A stretch of DNA of 64,000 nt from positions 128,001-192,000 of the forward strand of contig CAVXYC010000015.1 of assembly GCA_963765765.1 (NCBI GenBank), read 5' to 3'. Numbering within the stretch: position 1 is the first letter of the stretch; every line of letters starts with the position of its first letter. A program made the position numbers and the translations under genes. Source of the DNA: an uncultured Chloroflexia bacterium (GTDB taxonomy: Bacteria > Chloroflexota > UBA6077 > JACCZL01). Of the stretch, positions 1 to 11,168 are shown piece by piece. The notes beneath the pieces are model-generated. The model did not search any database and was not told the DNA's origin. It saw only the letters and a list, made by a program, of their open reading frames with translations.

Positions 1-311
1 GACGGCGTGCCACACAATGCTCAGCTCAACCAAGCCTGCCACGCTCCGTGGCATTCGCGGCGTCACTGATGACGCCCTGCGCTTATAGATCTCAACGCCA
101 AATCCACCCATAAACCTGGCGGGATCCACCTCTCGGTCCTTCTGAGATCTCAACCAATATGAACCACGGGACATCTCCGCGCGCTAATTGACGCGGTATG
201 AATGCACAGGGTCGCGGCACGTATCTATTTCGTCGCGCCCATCAGGTCCGGCCGTCATTCCTTTTCAGGCATTGACGCGCGGGCTCCCGATCCCAGTCCG
301 AAGGAGTAGGA

Positions 312-1398
312 ATGTCAAATAGCTGGTCGCGGTGCTCCACCCCAGGCGTCTGGACCACTGCGATACTAGTTGTGCTGTGCTCCGTACTTAGTCTCAGAAC
401 AGCGCAGGCGGAGGAGATCTTCCGCGAGGCTCTCGATCCGGCGACTAGTCCGGTGTCGCCCACTGTTCTTCCCACGAACGAACCGGGCAGCACGGGTGCG
501 TCTGACAACGAAAGGAAGTCAGACAAAAAGAAGAAGGAGGGTCTGGCTGCAAGCTCGGGGTCGGCTACCCAGACAACGGATTTCGTGAATGCCGTGGCTA
601 AACCAGAAGCAGCCATTCTCCCGGACACCCCTCAGCGAACTGTCTCAGGACAACCAATGAGCCCACCGGAGATCGCTGTCGTCGTTCCGCCAGCCACTGT
701 GTCGGGTGCGCCAGTACCCATGCCGAATGCGACACCGGACGTTGCACTAAGTACCGAGTCAGCTCAGCTGCCGATCGTGATCGAGTCTCCGAGTGCACCC
801 GTAACAACGGGTAGCACAAAGCCAGAGGGACAGTCTCCCGTGACCAGTGACCCGATCGTGAATGATCTGGTCAAGTCAGCGGACGAGGCCGTCGAAGGAT
901 CATCGAGCAAGCCTTCCGCCCCGGCTTTAGTGCAATCCGGCGATTCTTCCTGACCCAGCCATTGCCGATCCGGCGGGCATCGTGCCGGTGGAAACTCAGG
1001 TTGCTGAGGAACCATGGTCCGCTGAGCGCACTATTGCGCTATTGACTGAGCGGGCAATTGCTCAAGGAAGCTCTCCCTACGAGGTGCTTGCCGTGGCGCG
1101 ATGCGAGACTGGATACACCTTCATGCCCTGGCGTGAAAACGGCAACCTGCTGCGCGGCTCCATGGGAGAAGTCGGCGTTGGGCAGTGGCTCCCGCCCGTT
1201 GAGCGGAACCACTGGGGCCGAACGCCGCATTGGCAGGAGTACCAGTACCACATCATGGCCGCCTACGTGAATGGCGACCCGAACGCAATCTGGTGGGACG
1301 CTGACGCGCTTGCTTGGTCCATGGGACCAGCTGCACCAGCGGGATTCAGGTCCGGCTGGTCATGCTGGCGCATCCGCGGCCCGTGGTGGTTCATGTAA
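312..1398 (+). CDS. Secreted protein: signal peptide, Pro/Ser/Thr-rich linker and C-terminal lysozyme-like (SLT/Rpf-like) domain; probably one gene split by a frameshift near 950
   Basis: RBS aaggag before ATG 312; hydrophobic N-terminus ending AQA; ORF 982-1398 has ARCETG...GVGQW...WSC, resembling transglycosylase/Rpf motifs. Confidence 0.55.
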
Positions 1399-1480
1399 GC
1401 CACAGGGACTATTGGTTAGGGGATGAGGGGCTAGCTGGCTCGATCGGTGTGAGCACTGGCCCTTATCCCTGGCCCTCCTG

Positions 1481-2121
1481 CTACGGTTTGCGCGGCTCCA
1501 GAAGCATAACCGTCGGTTCGTCGGGGAGTCCGGATCGGCTTATGGAGATGCGGGGCTGAGGAGTCTGTGACTCCACTCCCAATTCTTTACAGAACGCATC
1601 GGCAGAATCTAGCTGGCTCTCATCCCCGTCCACCGCGTAGCGCATTGGGATAATCAGTCGAGGCTCCAGCCTGCTCACAATCTGCGATGCCTGTGCCGCG
1701 GAGACCGTGCCATGCCCTCCAACGGGCAAGAGAAGTACTTCCGCGTCTTTGAGCTGCTCCATCTCGTCGTTCGTGGGGACGCTCGAGATTGCTCCAAGAT
1801 GGCAGACGGTCATTTCATCGAGTTGAATGAGGTACGCAGTGTTCTTCAGCTGTCTTCCGTCACCGAGCTCGAGTTTACTCGTCGCAACGCCCGTGATCAT
1901 GAGCCCCGCGATCTCATATTCACCCGGACCGCTGACGATTTTGCGAGCATCTGATACCGCGCGGGCATTGTTATGGTTCGGATGATCGTGCGAGATCGTA
2001 ACCACCGTCGCTGAACTCTTAAGCGAACCAAAGCCCGCGGAGGTCCATACGGATCGGTGACCACCGAGACGTCTCGGCTTCGCAATTTAAAGCACGAATG
2101 GCCGTACCAATTGATGTCCAT
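1481..2121 (-). CDS. MBL-fold metallo-hydrolase (frameshift near 2020)
   Basis: MDINWYGHSCF...VVTDPY in ORF 1897-2121 continues as VTISHDHPNHN...LLLPVGG...IIPMRY in ORF 1481-2005. Confidence 0.85.
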
Positions 2122-2246
2122 GCAGCATTTGTCCTCTAAGCGATTTCGTAGCGATGTGATCGGGAAAATAGTACCAAACCCCTCCGGAACACCTTCTCCG
2201 ATGAGGAAATCATGGTGCTCGCACCCGCCCCGCTATACTTCTTCTC

Positions 2247-2684
2247 GTGCTCGAATCTGCTGACATCCAGCGCATCATCCCTCACCGATACCCGGTACTC
2301 CTTGTAGATCGCGTCCTGGAGCTCGAGCTAGGCCAGCGCATCGTTGCCATAAAAAGCGTCAGTGGGAACGAGCCGTTTTTCCAGGGACACTTTCCGGGGA
2401 ATCCCATCATGCCGGGGGTGCTCATTGTGGAGGCGCTCGCGCAGACGGGTGTAGTGCTTATGCTCTCCGACGAAGCCAATAAGGGTAAGCTGCCGCTTTT
2501 CGCCGGGATAGATAAGCTTAAGTTTCGCCGCCAGGTCTTACCGGGCGATATCCTTCGTCTGGAGCTCAATGTCACCTCACAACGCGGTCGGGTTGGGAAG
2601 GGTCACGTGCGAGCGACAGTGGATGATCAGGTGGCCGCCGAAGGTGATCTGACCTTCGTCATGGTTGACGCCTCAGTGGCCTGA
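2247..2684 (+). CDS. fabZ: 3-hydroxyacyl-ACP dehydratase FabZ
   Basis: [36 protein letters not shown] signatures. Confidence 0.96.
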   Translation: MLESADIQRIIPHRYPVLLVDRVLELELGQRIVAIKSVSGNEPFFQGHFPGNPIMPGVLIVEALAQTGVVLMLSDEANKGKLPLFAGIDKLKFRRQVLPGDILRLELNVTSQRGRVGKGHVRATVDDQVAAEGDLTFVMVDASVA

Positions 2685-2751
2685 GTGTCTCCTCGTACGG
2701 GCAAGCCATGGCGAATCATTCGCGAAGTGATCCGACCGGCATGAGAACAAG

Positions 2752-3936
2752 ATGAGCTCGCGTCGGGACATCCGGTTGAACGTCCTGGAAAGCATTGGGC
2801 GTTTGACATCCCAGCGGCCCGAGGCCGCTCTTCGCGGCAATGCTCGTGTGCTGCTGATTCGGCCCGATCACATTGGGGATGTGCTGCTAACAACGCCCGC
2901 CGTTGCCCTTCTGCGCCAATCCATGCCGTCCGCGTCTCTGGCCGCGCTGGTAGGCCCCTGGAGCGCTGAGGTCATCCGGCGCGGCCCTCCGATCGATGCT
3001 GTAAGCACATGCGAGTTCCCGGGATTTACCCGACGACCGTCGCGTTGGGTAGGAGAACCGTACGTCAAGCTCCGTCGAGCGCGTGAGCTGCATCGACAGC
3101 ACTTCGACGTGGCAATCATTGCTCGACCAGATCATTGGTGGGGGGCGCTTCTGGCAGCGGCCGCGGGCATCCCGCATCGAGTCGGATTCAATGTGCCGGA
3201 GTGTGCTCCTTTTCTTACCGAGACGCTGGAGGCGCCAGCGGGAGCTCACGTGGCGGAGCTGTCATTGATGCTGGCGGACCGTGTGGCCCAGATGGCTGGT
3301 GCTACGGTGCCAATCACTGACAGGCGGCCAGTCTTTAACGTGACGGAGACCGAGCGACTCCAGGCGCGCGAGGCAATCTCCAAGATTCACTTCAACGTGG
3401 ATGGTCCTCTCATTGTGCTGCACCCCGGGGCGGGGACCGAGCTCAAGCTGTGGCCATCAGAGCATTGGGCATCAACCCTGGACCTATTGCGCGAGCGGAA
3501 GAACGCGCGAACGATCATCGTTTCGGCCTCATCCGAGTCCTCCATCGTCGATCAGATTCAGGATGCGTCCCGTTCCGAGCATGCCTACCTCAACACGGAT
3601 AGTGGACTCGGCTTCCTCGCGGCTGTGCTGGAGACGGCAGATGTTGTTCTGGGCTCTGATTGTGGCCCACTTCACCTGGCAGCGGCCATGGGTGCCGCTA
3701 CTGTCCGTCTCTATGGACCCACTGATCCTGCTCTCTTTGGACCATGGCCCTCAGATGACCGGCAGGTGGTGCTTCGGGCAATGACACCCTGCAGTCCGTG
3801 TGGTTACGTCACAGGTCCGCCATGTGGCGCTACCACGCGACCACTCTGCCTTATGGAGCAGTCTCCCGAGGACATCGTGGACGCGGCGAGCTGGGTGCTC
3901 CGTCGATCCGCGTGGCCCGAATCGGCGGTTCTGTGA
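2752..3936 (+). CDS. Glycosyltransferase family 9 (heptosyltransferase-like)
   Basis: RPDHIGDVLLTTP, LHPGAG..KLWP, GSDCGPLHLAAAMG, LYGPT motifs. Confidence 0.9.
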   Translation: MSSRRDIRLNVLESIGRLTSQRPEAALRGNARVLLIRPDHIGDVLLTTPAVALLRQSMPSASLAALVGPWSAEVIRRGPPIDAVSTCEFPGFTRRPSRWVGEPYVKLRRARELHRQHFDVAIIARPDHWWGALLAAAAGIPHRVGFNVPECAPFLTETLEAPAGAHVAELSLMLADRVAQMAGATVPITDRRPVFNVTETERLQAREAISKIHFNVDGPLIVLHPGAGTELKLWPSEHWASTLDLLRERKNARTIIVSASSESSIVDQIQDASRSEHAYLNTDSGLGFLAAVLETADVVLGSDCGPLHLAAAMGAATVRLYGPTDPALFGPWPSDDRQVVLRAMTPCSPCGYVTGPPCGATTRPLCLMEQSPEDIVDAASWVLRRSAWPESAVL

Positions 3937-3940
3937 GCGC

Positions 3941-5056
3941 ATGCATATAGGGATCGATGCAAGTAGAGCCATGGTCTCGTTGCCCACCGGAACCGAGCAA
4001 TATAGCCGCGAGATCATTGATCACCTGGCTCCACTCGCCGCGCACGATCGCATGACGCTCTATGTAAATCGCTGGGATGGCACGGATTGGCGGCCACCCT
4101 CGGGCGTTGGAGTTCGGGAGCTTCCATCGCAACGCGGTTGGACGCATGCACGTCTCTCAATGGAGATGCTTCGGTTTGCTCCAGACGTATTGTTTGTCCC
4201 GGCCCATTCCGTACCGCTCTGGCACCCGCGGGCCACAGTGGTAACGGTGCACGATCTGGGCTATCGTCGCCTGCCTGACGCACATCCCGATAGCTCTCGA
4301 CTGTACCGCGTATGGTCTACCCGCTTCAGCGCCCGAACCGCGACACGCGTGATCGCGGTATCTGAAACGACCAAGCGCGATCTGGTGGAGATGGAGGGCA
4401 TATCCGCGGAGCGCATCCGCGTTGTGCACCATGGTGTGGATACGTCGCTTCAGCGGGTCGAAAACGCTGCTCAATTGCGCGATGTCAGACGACGCTACGG
4501 ACTCCCGGAGCGTTACTTTCTCTACGTCGGTACGCTGCAGCCAAGGAAGAATCTTCAGCGCCTCATTCAGGCGCATCGACGGTTGCGAGAGTCGGACGCT
4601 CATTTGCCGTCGCTCGTTCTCGCTGGCCAAACTGGTTGGTTGGCGGACCCGATAATCCGCGAAGCGCGACAGAGTGTGTCCGCCGACTCAGTGATCCTCA
4701 CGGGCTATGTGGATCGCGCTGACCTGGCCGCACTTCTCTCCGCGTCGGTCGCCTTCGTGTACCCATCGCTCTACGAGGGATTCGGTATGCCAGTCTTAGA
4801 GGCTATGTCGTGCGGCACCCCGGTTCTTACATCGAACGTTTCATCATTACCCGAAGTGGCCGGAGATGCGGCAATGCTCGTCGATCCAGAAGACGTTGAC
4901 TCGATATGCGAAGGGCTTCGTCGGTTGGCCGACGATTCTGAGCTACGGGAGGACCTTCGCGGGCGAGGCCTGGAGTGGGTATGTCAATTCAGCTGGGATC
5001 GTGCAGCGCGGGAAACGTTGGCGGTGTTGCGTGAGGCTGTTGATGCGGCAAGGTAA
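3941..5056 (+). CDS. Glycosyltransferase family 4 (GT-B)
   Basis: MHIGIDAS start, TVHDL, VGTLQPRKN, YPSLYEGFGMPVLEAMSCG. Confidence 0.93.
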   Translation: MHIGIDASRAMVSLPTGTEQYSREIIDHLAPLAAHDRMTLYVNRWDGTDWRPPSGVGVRELPSQRGWTHARLSMEMLRFAPDVLFVPAHSVPLWHPRATVVTVHDLGYRRLPDAHPDSSRLYRVWSTRFSARTATRVIAVSETTKRDLVEMEGISAERIRVVHHGVDTSLQRVENAAQLRDVRRRYGLPERYFLYVGTLQPRKNLQRLIQAHRRLRESDAHLPSLVLAGQTGWLADPIIREARQSVSADSVILTGYVDRADLAALLSASVAFVYPSLYEGFGMPVLEAMSCGTPVLTSNVSSLPEVAGDAAMLVDPEDVDSICEGLRRLADDSELREDLRGRGLEWVCQFSWDRAARETLAVLREAVDAAR

Positions 5057-5080
5057 GCTCATGCCACTCGAGCATCGAAC

Positions 5081-6191
5081 TTGACTCCCTTGAGGCGTCT
5101 TCTCGTCATCAAACTGGCCGATCTCGGCGATCTGCTCTCGATCACTCCGGCGCTTCGGGCGTTGCGTAATGGCCTACCTGGCGCGCACATCAGTGCTCTC
5201 GTGACGCCTTCAAGCGCATGCTTGCTGGATCGGTCTGACCTTGTGGATGAGATCATCCCATTCGATAAGTTCGCCTTCGATCGCAAGCGTGACGCATATC
5301 GCGGGGTCCCGAACGCTGTTGGCCTCGCCAGTGAGCTGCGCTCGCGACATTTTGATGCGCTTGTGCTCTTTCACCACCTGGCCACCGGCTGGGGACGCGC
5401 AAAGTACGCGGCGCTTGCGCTGGCCAGCGGGGCACCCCAGAGAGTCGGCCTGGATAACGGCACGGGCTGGTTCCTTACCCACCGAGCGGAAGACCGCGGA
5501 TTTGGGGCTCGGCATGAGGTGGACTATTGGCTTGAAGTTGCCGCGCTTCTAGGTGGGCATAATCCGAATCCCACACTCGAGCTGACTCTGCGTGATGAGC
5601 ACCAATCCTGGGCTGACGATCGATGGGCGCGACTCGGGCTGAGCGGCCCTGTCGCGGTGCTCCATCCCGGCTCAGGAGCGTTCAGTACCGCCAGACGGTG
5701 GCCGACCGGAGCGATTTGCGACGCTTGCGCGGCAGTTACGCGAGCGACTGGGGCTGGGCATTGTGGTGCTGGCCGGGCCGGCTCCGTCTGAGCTCGCATT
5801 GGCAGATGCGGTGGGTGCTTCGGCGGTGGACGCTCAGGTCGTCAGCGATGTGCCTTCGCCGTTGCATCTGGCCGCCTTCCTTCGGAATGCCGCGTTAGTC
5901 ATAGGCAACGACAGCGGCGTTCTCTACATGGCTGCCGCGGTTCAGCGACCGATCGTGGCGATATTCGGTCCAACAAATGATCGAGCATGGGGACCGTATC
6001 CGCCTGACGCCGCGCGTCATCAGGTGGTCGCTGAGACTCTGGCTTGCCGTCCATGTATCCACCGCGGATTCTCTTTTGGCGACCCACGGGGATGTCCCGC
6101 GCGCACCTGTCTGCATTTAATCCAGCCTGACACGGTGTTCGATGCCGCCCGAAAAGCGCTTGAATCGGCCACTACCCAACTTACAATATGA
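5081..6191 (+). CDS. Glycosyltransferase family 9 (frameshift near 5705)
   Basis: KLADLGDLL and LHPGSG..RRWP in ORF 5081-5791; GNDSGVLYMAAA, IFGPT in ORF 5763-6191. Confidence 0.88.
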
Positions 6192-6731
6192 CCGTGAGCC
6201 AGGTACCCGAGGCAACCCGGTGCGCTCGCCACCCTGGTGTGGAGACGTACCTGCGGTGCAGCCGCTGCGATACTCCAATCTGTCCGAGCTGCCTTGTGCA
6301 GACACCGGTCGGCGCCCGCTGCCGAAATTGCGCCGGGCTCAAGCGCTTGCCGACGTTCCAGGCAAGCAAAATGCTCCTGGTGCGCGGCTTTCTGGCCGCC
6401 GTTACCGTCGCGATGGCGGGTGCTTTCGTAATCGATCTTGTGCGCGGCTTTGGCTTCATCCTGACGATCGTATTGGGAGTTCTGCTTGCCGAAGCGGTGA
6501 GCCTGGCGGCAAATCGTCGACGCGGGCCGTACTTTGCCTGGACCGCCGCGATTGGCGCTGTCATTGGGATGCTCCTGGAACGCGGAATACTCGTATTTAT
6601 TGCCCTTGGCCCGCGTGCTCCGGAGATTCGGCTTCAGGGCGCCCTCGCTGCAATGGCCTCGATCAACTCTCATTGGCTGGGTCATGATTCTCGCAGTGGC
6701 GGGCATCGCCTTCTACCGACTTCGTCAATGA
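6188..6731 (+). CDS. B-box-type zinc-finger membrane protein (frameshift near 6670)
   Basis: CARHP...CSRCDTPICPSC...ARCRNC, then hydrophobic helices; ATGA overlaps at both ends. Confidence 0.75.
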
Positions 6732-7724
6732 CCGATCGATCGGCGCGACTGAGCGCTTTGCTCGATAAGTTTTCATCGTTGCGCGTCCTGGTGGTCGGCG
6801 ACATCATGCTGGACGAGTACGTCGATCGGCGCGCCCACGCGAGTGTCCCGCGAGGCGCCCGTGCTTGTGTTGGAGCAGCGGCGGCGGTTCGTTCGACCAG
6901 GCGGTGGAGCAAACCCAGCGGTGAATGTGCTCGCGCTAGGCGCGTCGCCGCGATTGGTTGGCGTCATTGGCGATGACGCGGTGGGCCATGAGCTTCGCGA
7001 ATCGCTGGACCAGCTTGGTATAGAAGCGACAGACCTTGTTGTTGCCACCGGAACAGAAACAACTCGCAAGACGCGAGTTCTGGCCGAAACCTCAAGTTCG
7101 TATGGTCAGCAGCTCTTTCGATTGGACCGACTAGGCGCTGCTCCGGGCGCGACGGCGGAGCAGCGCGTCATGGGACGGATACGGTCGTTGACTGCCGAGG
7201 TCGATGCCGTGCTGCTGTCCGACTACAAGGGCGGTATCATCGGCCCGGCCACCATTCAGGCTGCCAGAGAAGCGGCGCGCTCGCACCGGAGGCTGCTCAG
7301 CGTGGACTCACAGGGCGGCTTGGATCGCTTCCGTGGATTCGATCTGGTGAAATGCAATCGTCCCGACGCTGAGTCGTATGTTGGTCGGGAATTGGACGGC
7401 GAACGAGACTGGGCGGATGCCGGGATCGCGCTGGCCAAAGATCTGGAGATCGGCTGCCTGATGATCACCCTCGGCGGAGAGGGCATCTCTGTGAGCTCCC
7501 GCGATGCCTCGAGTCACGTGCCCGCTTCCAACCGCACGGAGGTGTGGGACGTTACCGGCGCCGGCGATACGGTCGTCGCAGTTGCCACACTCGCCCTCGC
7601 CGCATCTGCAAGTGGAGAGGACGCAGCCTATCTGGCGAACCTTGCGGCGGGGGAAGTGGTGCGGCACCTGGGCGTGACCACGACGTCACGCGACGAGATC
7701 CGTAGGCTACTCGCGACTATCTGA
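6728..7724 (+). CDS. rfaE: PfkB-family heptose-7-phosphate kinase (RfaE/HldE domain I; frameshift near 6835)
   Basis: VLVVGDIMLDEY, SREAPV, GGGAN, LLSDYKGG, DVTGAGDTV. Confidence 0.88.
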
Positions 7725-8009
7725 AGCGCTTGCTCCGGCAGCAGCGGCCTCGCGTGGCTTTTTCTTTCGCGAGGCGCGCATGGCCTCTTGGAGTCGCCAG
7801 CAAGTACGCCGAGGCTGCATGCACTTATCCTGCTCTTCAACAGTGAGCGGCGGCGTGTTTTGCAGGCAAATCGACTGATACAGAAGCAACCCGTCTTCGC
7901 CGCGCTCGTCCTCGTGGAACCAGCGCTCGCGATAGTACGGACAGGCGCTCTTATGCCGCCGCCAGTTTGGATTGTCAGGAATCTGCACGTTGTCGCCAGG
8001 GCATGACAT
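7707..8009 (-). CDS. Small Cys-containing hypothetical protein
   Basis: Fills the gap between convergent and divergent genes; CPYY..C..C..CW pattern; no family recognised. Confidence 0.45.
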   Translation of the reverse strand: MSCPGDNVQIPDNPNWRRHKSACPYYRERWFHEDERGEDGLLLYQSICLQNTPPLTVEEQDKCMQPRRTCWRLQEAMRASRKKKPREAAAAGASASDSRE

Positions 8010-8205
8010 TCTCGATTTTAGCACGTGCCCGGTGATTTCAGGGCTTCCCCAGATCACGCATATTCCGCCTCTCATTTGGTCGCTTCCTACATGCGCCCGG
8101 TCGCGGATTATTGGGATCCGACCGATACATTCGCGAAGCCTAGATTGGGTATCGTGCCCTGTATACTGCGGCTAGTTTGGGACATATGTTCTGCGAGGAG
8201 GGCAG

Positions 8206-8861
8206 GTGCCGAGACCGCTGCGAATCCTCATTGCCCGACACGGAGAAACAGAATGGAACTTAAGCCGCAGGTTTCAAGGTCACCTGGATTCACCGCTCAC
8301 CGAGCGGGGGAATGAGCAGGCACAGCGTCTCGCGTCGCGACTGGCACGAGAGCCGGTAGCGGCGATCTTCTCCAGCGATCTTGGTCGAGCGATGCAAACG
8401 GCGACGCCCATTGCCGATGCGCTTGGACTGGAGGTGCGGACAAGTCCGCTGTTACGGGAAATCGACTGCGGGACCTGGACAGGCCGACTTAAGGAAGAGC
8501 TCGCCAGAGAGGATCCCACGGGGATCGAGCGGTATCGGATCAGGCCCTCGGAGCACCGGATGCCCGACGGGGAATCGCTGGCCGACGTGCAAGCGCGCGG
8601 CCTGGCATTCCTTCGGGAGGTGCAGGCGCGCGAGCTCCGCCGTCCCATCCTCATCATTACCCATCACATTGTGGTGGAAACGATCGTTGTTCACGCGCTG
8701 AAGCGCGATCTCTCACAGCTCTGGCTAAGTATTCCAACGGGAAATTGCTTCCTAGCGAGCTCGAGCTTGCCGATCGCCGACTTCGAGCATTGACGGTTTA
8801 CGATGGCGCGCATCTCGGTGATGCGGCCCAGCCATATTTTGAAGGCGAGCGGGTGGCCTGA
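8206..8861 (+). CDS. Histidine phosphatase (phosphoglycerate mutase family; frameshift near 8755)
   Basis: RHGETEWN, SSDLGRAMQTA, GES, ITHH; alternative frame ends DGAHL...TGA 8861. Confidence 0.88.
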
Positions 8862-8866
8862 CCGGC

Positions 8867-10046
8867 ATGCCGCTGGACGCACTTCAGATCGGCGGCCAGG
8901 TCAAAGCGCTCAGCGCGCATCTCGAGTCGAACCAGGTTTTTCGGCGAGAGCGGCTGCCGCTGGCCCGCGAGACGCTACGCAGCCAGGCCGCAAGCTGGGA
9001 GAGCCTCGCGACACTCGCGGCGCGCTCGCAGAGTAGGCTCGCCACGCCGATTGAGCCATTGGACGCGGTCGCGAACGCGACTCCGGCGCCCGAGGCGTAT
9101 ACGGTCATGGCCACTGACGGTTCTCAGATCGAGCCAGATCATCACGGGATTGCCGAGTACTTCTTGATCAATCTCGGATCGGTGCGTCATTCGATACGGC
9201 GCCTCGCCAAATGCCCGGCTGGAGACGGCGGCACAGCTCTACTTCACCGACGAGGATCGATTCATCACCGACGGCTCTTCGGGCCGACGTCGTGTCCCGA
9301 TCCAGGAAGGACACCTGGCAGCACTGCGTAGCGTGAAGGAGCTGGAGGCGGTCGTCAGGCTAGCGGACGGCGAGCGGCTGGATTTTGAGCCGCGCGTGGC
9401 GCTGCAAGACGGAACACTACTGTTGTGGGTGCTGGAGCAGCGGCCGAATGACTACATACGCGAGCGGCTCCTGCGGCCGTACGTGGGACACCTGGAGCGC
9501 CTGAAGAGGCTCAATGTGCCAGTCGCAAGCTATATCAGCAGGCCGCGCAGCACTGAAGTTAGCGGACTATTGCGAGAGGCAACCTGTGGCGGAGACGTGA
9601 GTGGCTGCGCGTCATGCAGGCGAATTGGCAATCAGTGCGCACTCGATGCGCTGCACGATCGCGAGCTGTTCGTCGACCTCGAAATCGGCCAACGGTCCGC
9701 GCGATTCGCTGTAACCTTGAGCAGCGATCTCGACACCTACTACGCCGGCCATCGCATCCACTTCTTCTTCGTCCGCGTTGATGGTGACGAGATCGCCCGT
9801 GTGGAAGTGCCTGAGTGGGTGGCGACCGACGAGGTCGCGCTCCAACTGGTCCACAGTGTTGTGCTGGATCAGTGTCGGCGCGGGCTGGGCTACCCGGTCT
9901 CGATTGCCCGGGCGCACGAGAAAGCGGTCGTCACCGGAGCCGACCGATCGGTGGTTCGCACATTGATCGAATCCAGATTGGCTTACGATGGATTGCACGT
10001 GTCGAGCTCAGCGAAACAAGCCAGTAAGCGGATTCACGCCGTATGA
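8867..10046 (+). CDS. nurA: DNA double-strand break repair nuclease NurA (frameshift near 9185)
   Basis: ATDGSQI, LQDGTL, SYIS, ARVEVP, GYPVSIARAHEKAVV motifs; herA context. Confidence 0.88.
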
Positions 10047-10641
10047 GCGGCTGGCAAGGAGAGGTCGTGGAGACGCGCTCCACGGAGTTTGTCGCGCAAG
10101 CATACGACCACCGATCAGTCCCGCCATTCGGGGCGTTGCTGTGCTCCACCGTGGAACGAAGAACGATCTATGCGGTCGTCTATCAGGTCGCTACGACGGG
10201 GATCGATCCGGGATCGCGGCCGGTTGTGCGTGGCCACACGGGCCTTCGGGATCAGGCGATCTACGACGCCAATCCGGATCTCGCGCAGGTGCTGCGAACG
10301 GACGTGTCCGCGTTGATTGTCGGCTTCCACGATGGACCGACTCTGCGGCAGGTGCTGCCTCCCGAGCCGCCGCCACTTCACTGGACGGTGTACGAGTGCG
10401 ACGCCGAAGTCTGCCGCGCGTTTGGTGCAGATACGGCGTATTTGCGCTCGCTAGTAGATGCAGTACAGGCGCCCTCAGATGAGCTCATTGGCGCCCACGT
10501 GCGACTCATGGACTCCTACGCGGGTGCAGGCGATGCCTATCTGCCGCGCGCCGGCCGAGAGCTGGTGGAGCTATTGCGGAGCGATTATCCGACGATTGAT
10601 GGTCGATTATTGAGCGGGTGAGGCCAAGCCGTGTCCGATGA
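10043..10641 (+). CDS. Stand-alone HAS-barrel-like protein associated with NurA/HerA
   Basis: GEVVETRSTEFVAQ..PPFGAL, LPPEPPPLH; corrected 3' end stops at TGA 10639-10641, overlapping the next ATG. Confidence 0.7.
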
Positions 10642-11168
10642 TCGGGTCGCATGTCTACTACGTGTACATCATGAGTAGTCTTCGCCGAACGCTTTACATC
10701 GGCATGACGAACAATTTGGAACGACGAGTGTTCGAACATAAGACCGGCACGGTACCAGGATTTACAAGTCGCTACCGAGTGACCCGTCTGGTCTACTTCG
10801 AAGACACGAACGACGTCGTCGCAGGGATCGAACGCGAAAAGCACCTAAAGGGATGGCTTCGCGCGAAGAAGGTGGCGCTGATCGAGTCGATGAACCCATC
10901 GTGGAACGACTTTGCCGAGGATTGGTTCACGCCGGAAGATCTAGCTGTACGCCGGAGTGCGTTCCTACGCACCGTTCGAAATCATCAACCCCAGACTCCC
11001 TGTCATCCTGAGCCCGCAGGCGAAGGATCTTCCCCGCCGGTATCAATAACCCCGGTGGGGAAGATCCTTCGCCTGCGGGCTCAGGATGACAAGAATCCCG
11101 GGCGAACTGGGGAAACTGCCGAAGTCCTGGAAATCGGTCAGGGCCCCAGTGGACCTGAACGCCAATGA
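10638..11168 (+). CDS. Small GIY-YIG nuclease family protein; ORF tail reads through a palindromic repeat
   Basis: YYVYIM..TLYIGMTNNLERRVFEHK..FTSRY..LVYFE..EREKHLKGW.R.KK..LIE..NP.W. Confidence 0.9.
   Translation: MIGSHVYYVYIMSSLRRTLYIGMTNNLERRVFEHKTGTVPGFTSRYRVTRLVYFEDTNDVVAGIEREKHLKGWLRAKKVALIESMNPSWNDFAEDWFTPEDLAVRRSAFLRTVRNHQPQTPCHPEPAGEGSSPPVSITPVGKILRLRAQDDKNPGRTGETAEVLEIGQGPSGPERQ
11001..11091. repeat. 40-bp inverted repeat (CGTC/TGTC-tagged REP-like doublet)
   Basis: tgtcatcctgagcccgcaggcgaaggatcttccccgccgg (11001-11040) pairs with 11052-11091, one mismatch, 11-nt spacer. Confidence 0.92.

Noticed and set aside
180-311. c-di-AMP (ydaO) riboswitch upstream of the Rpf-like gene
   Set aside because: The conserved GCTGAATCC / GGGGGAACC / CAGCTAAC elements are absent
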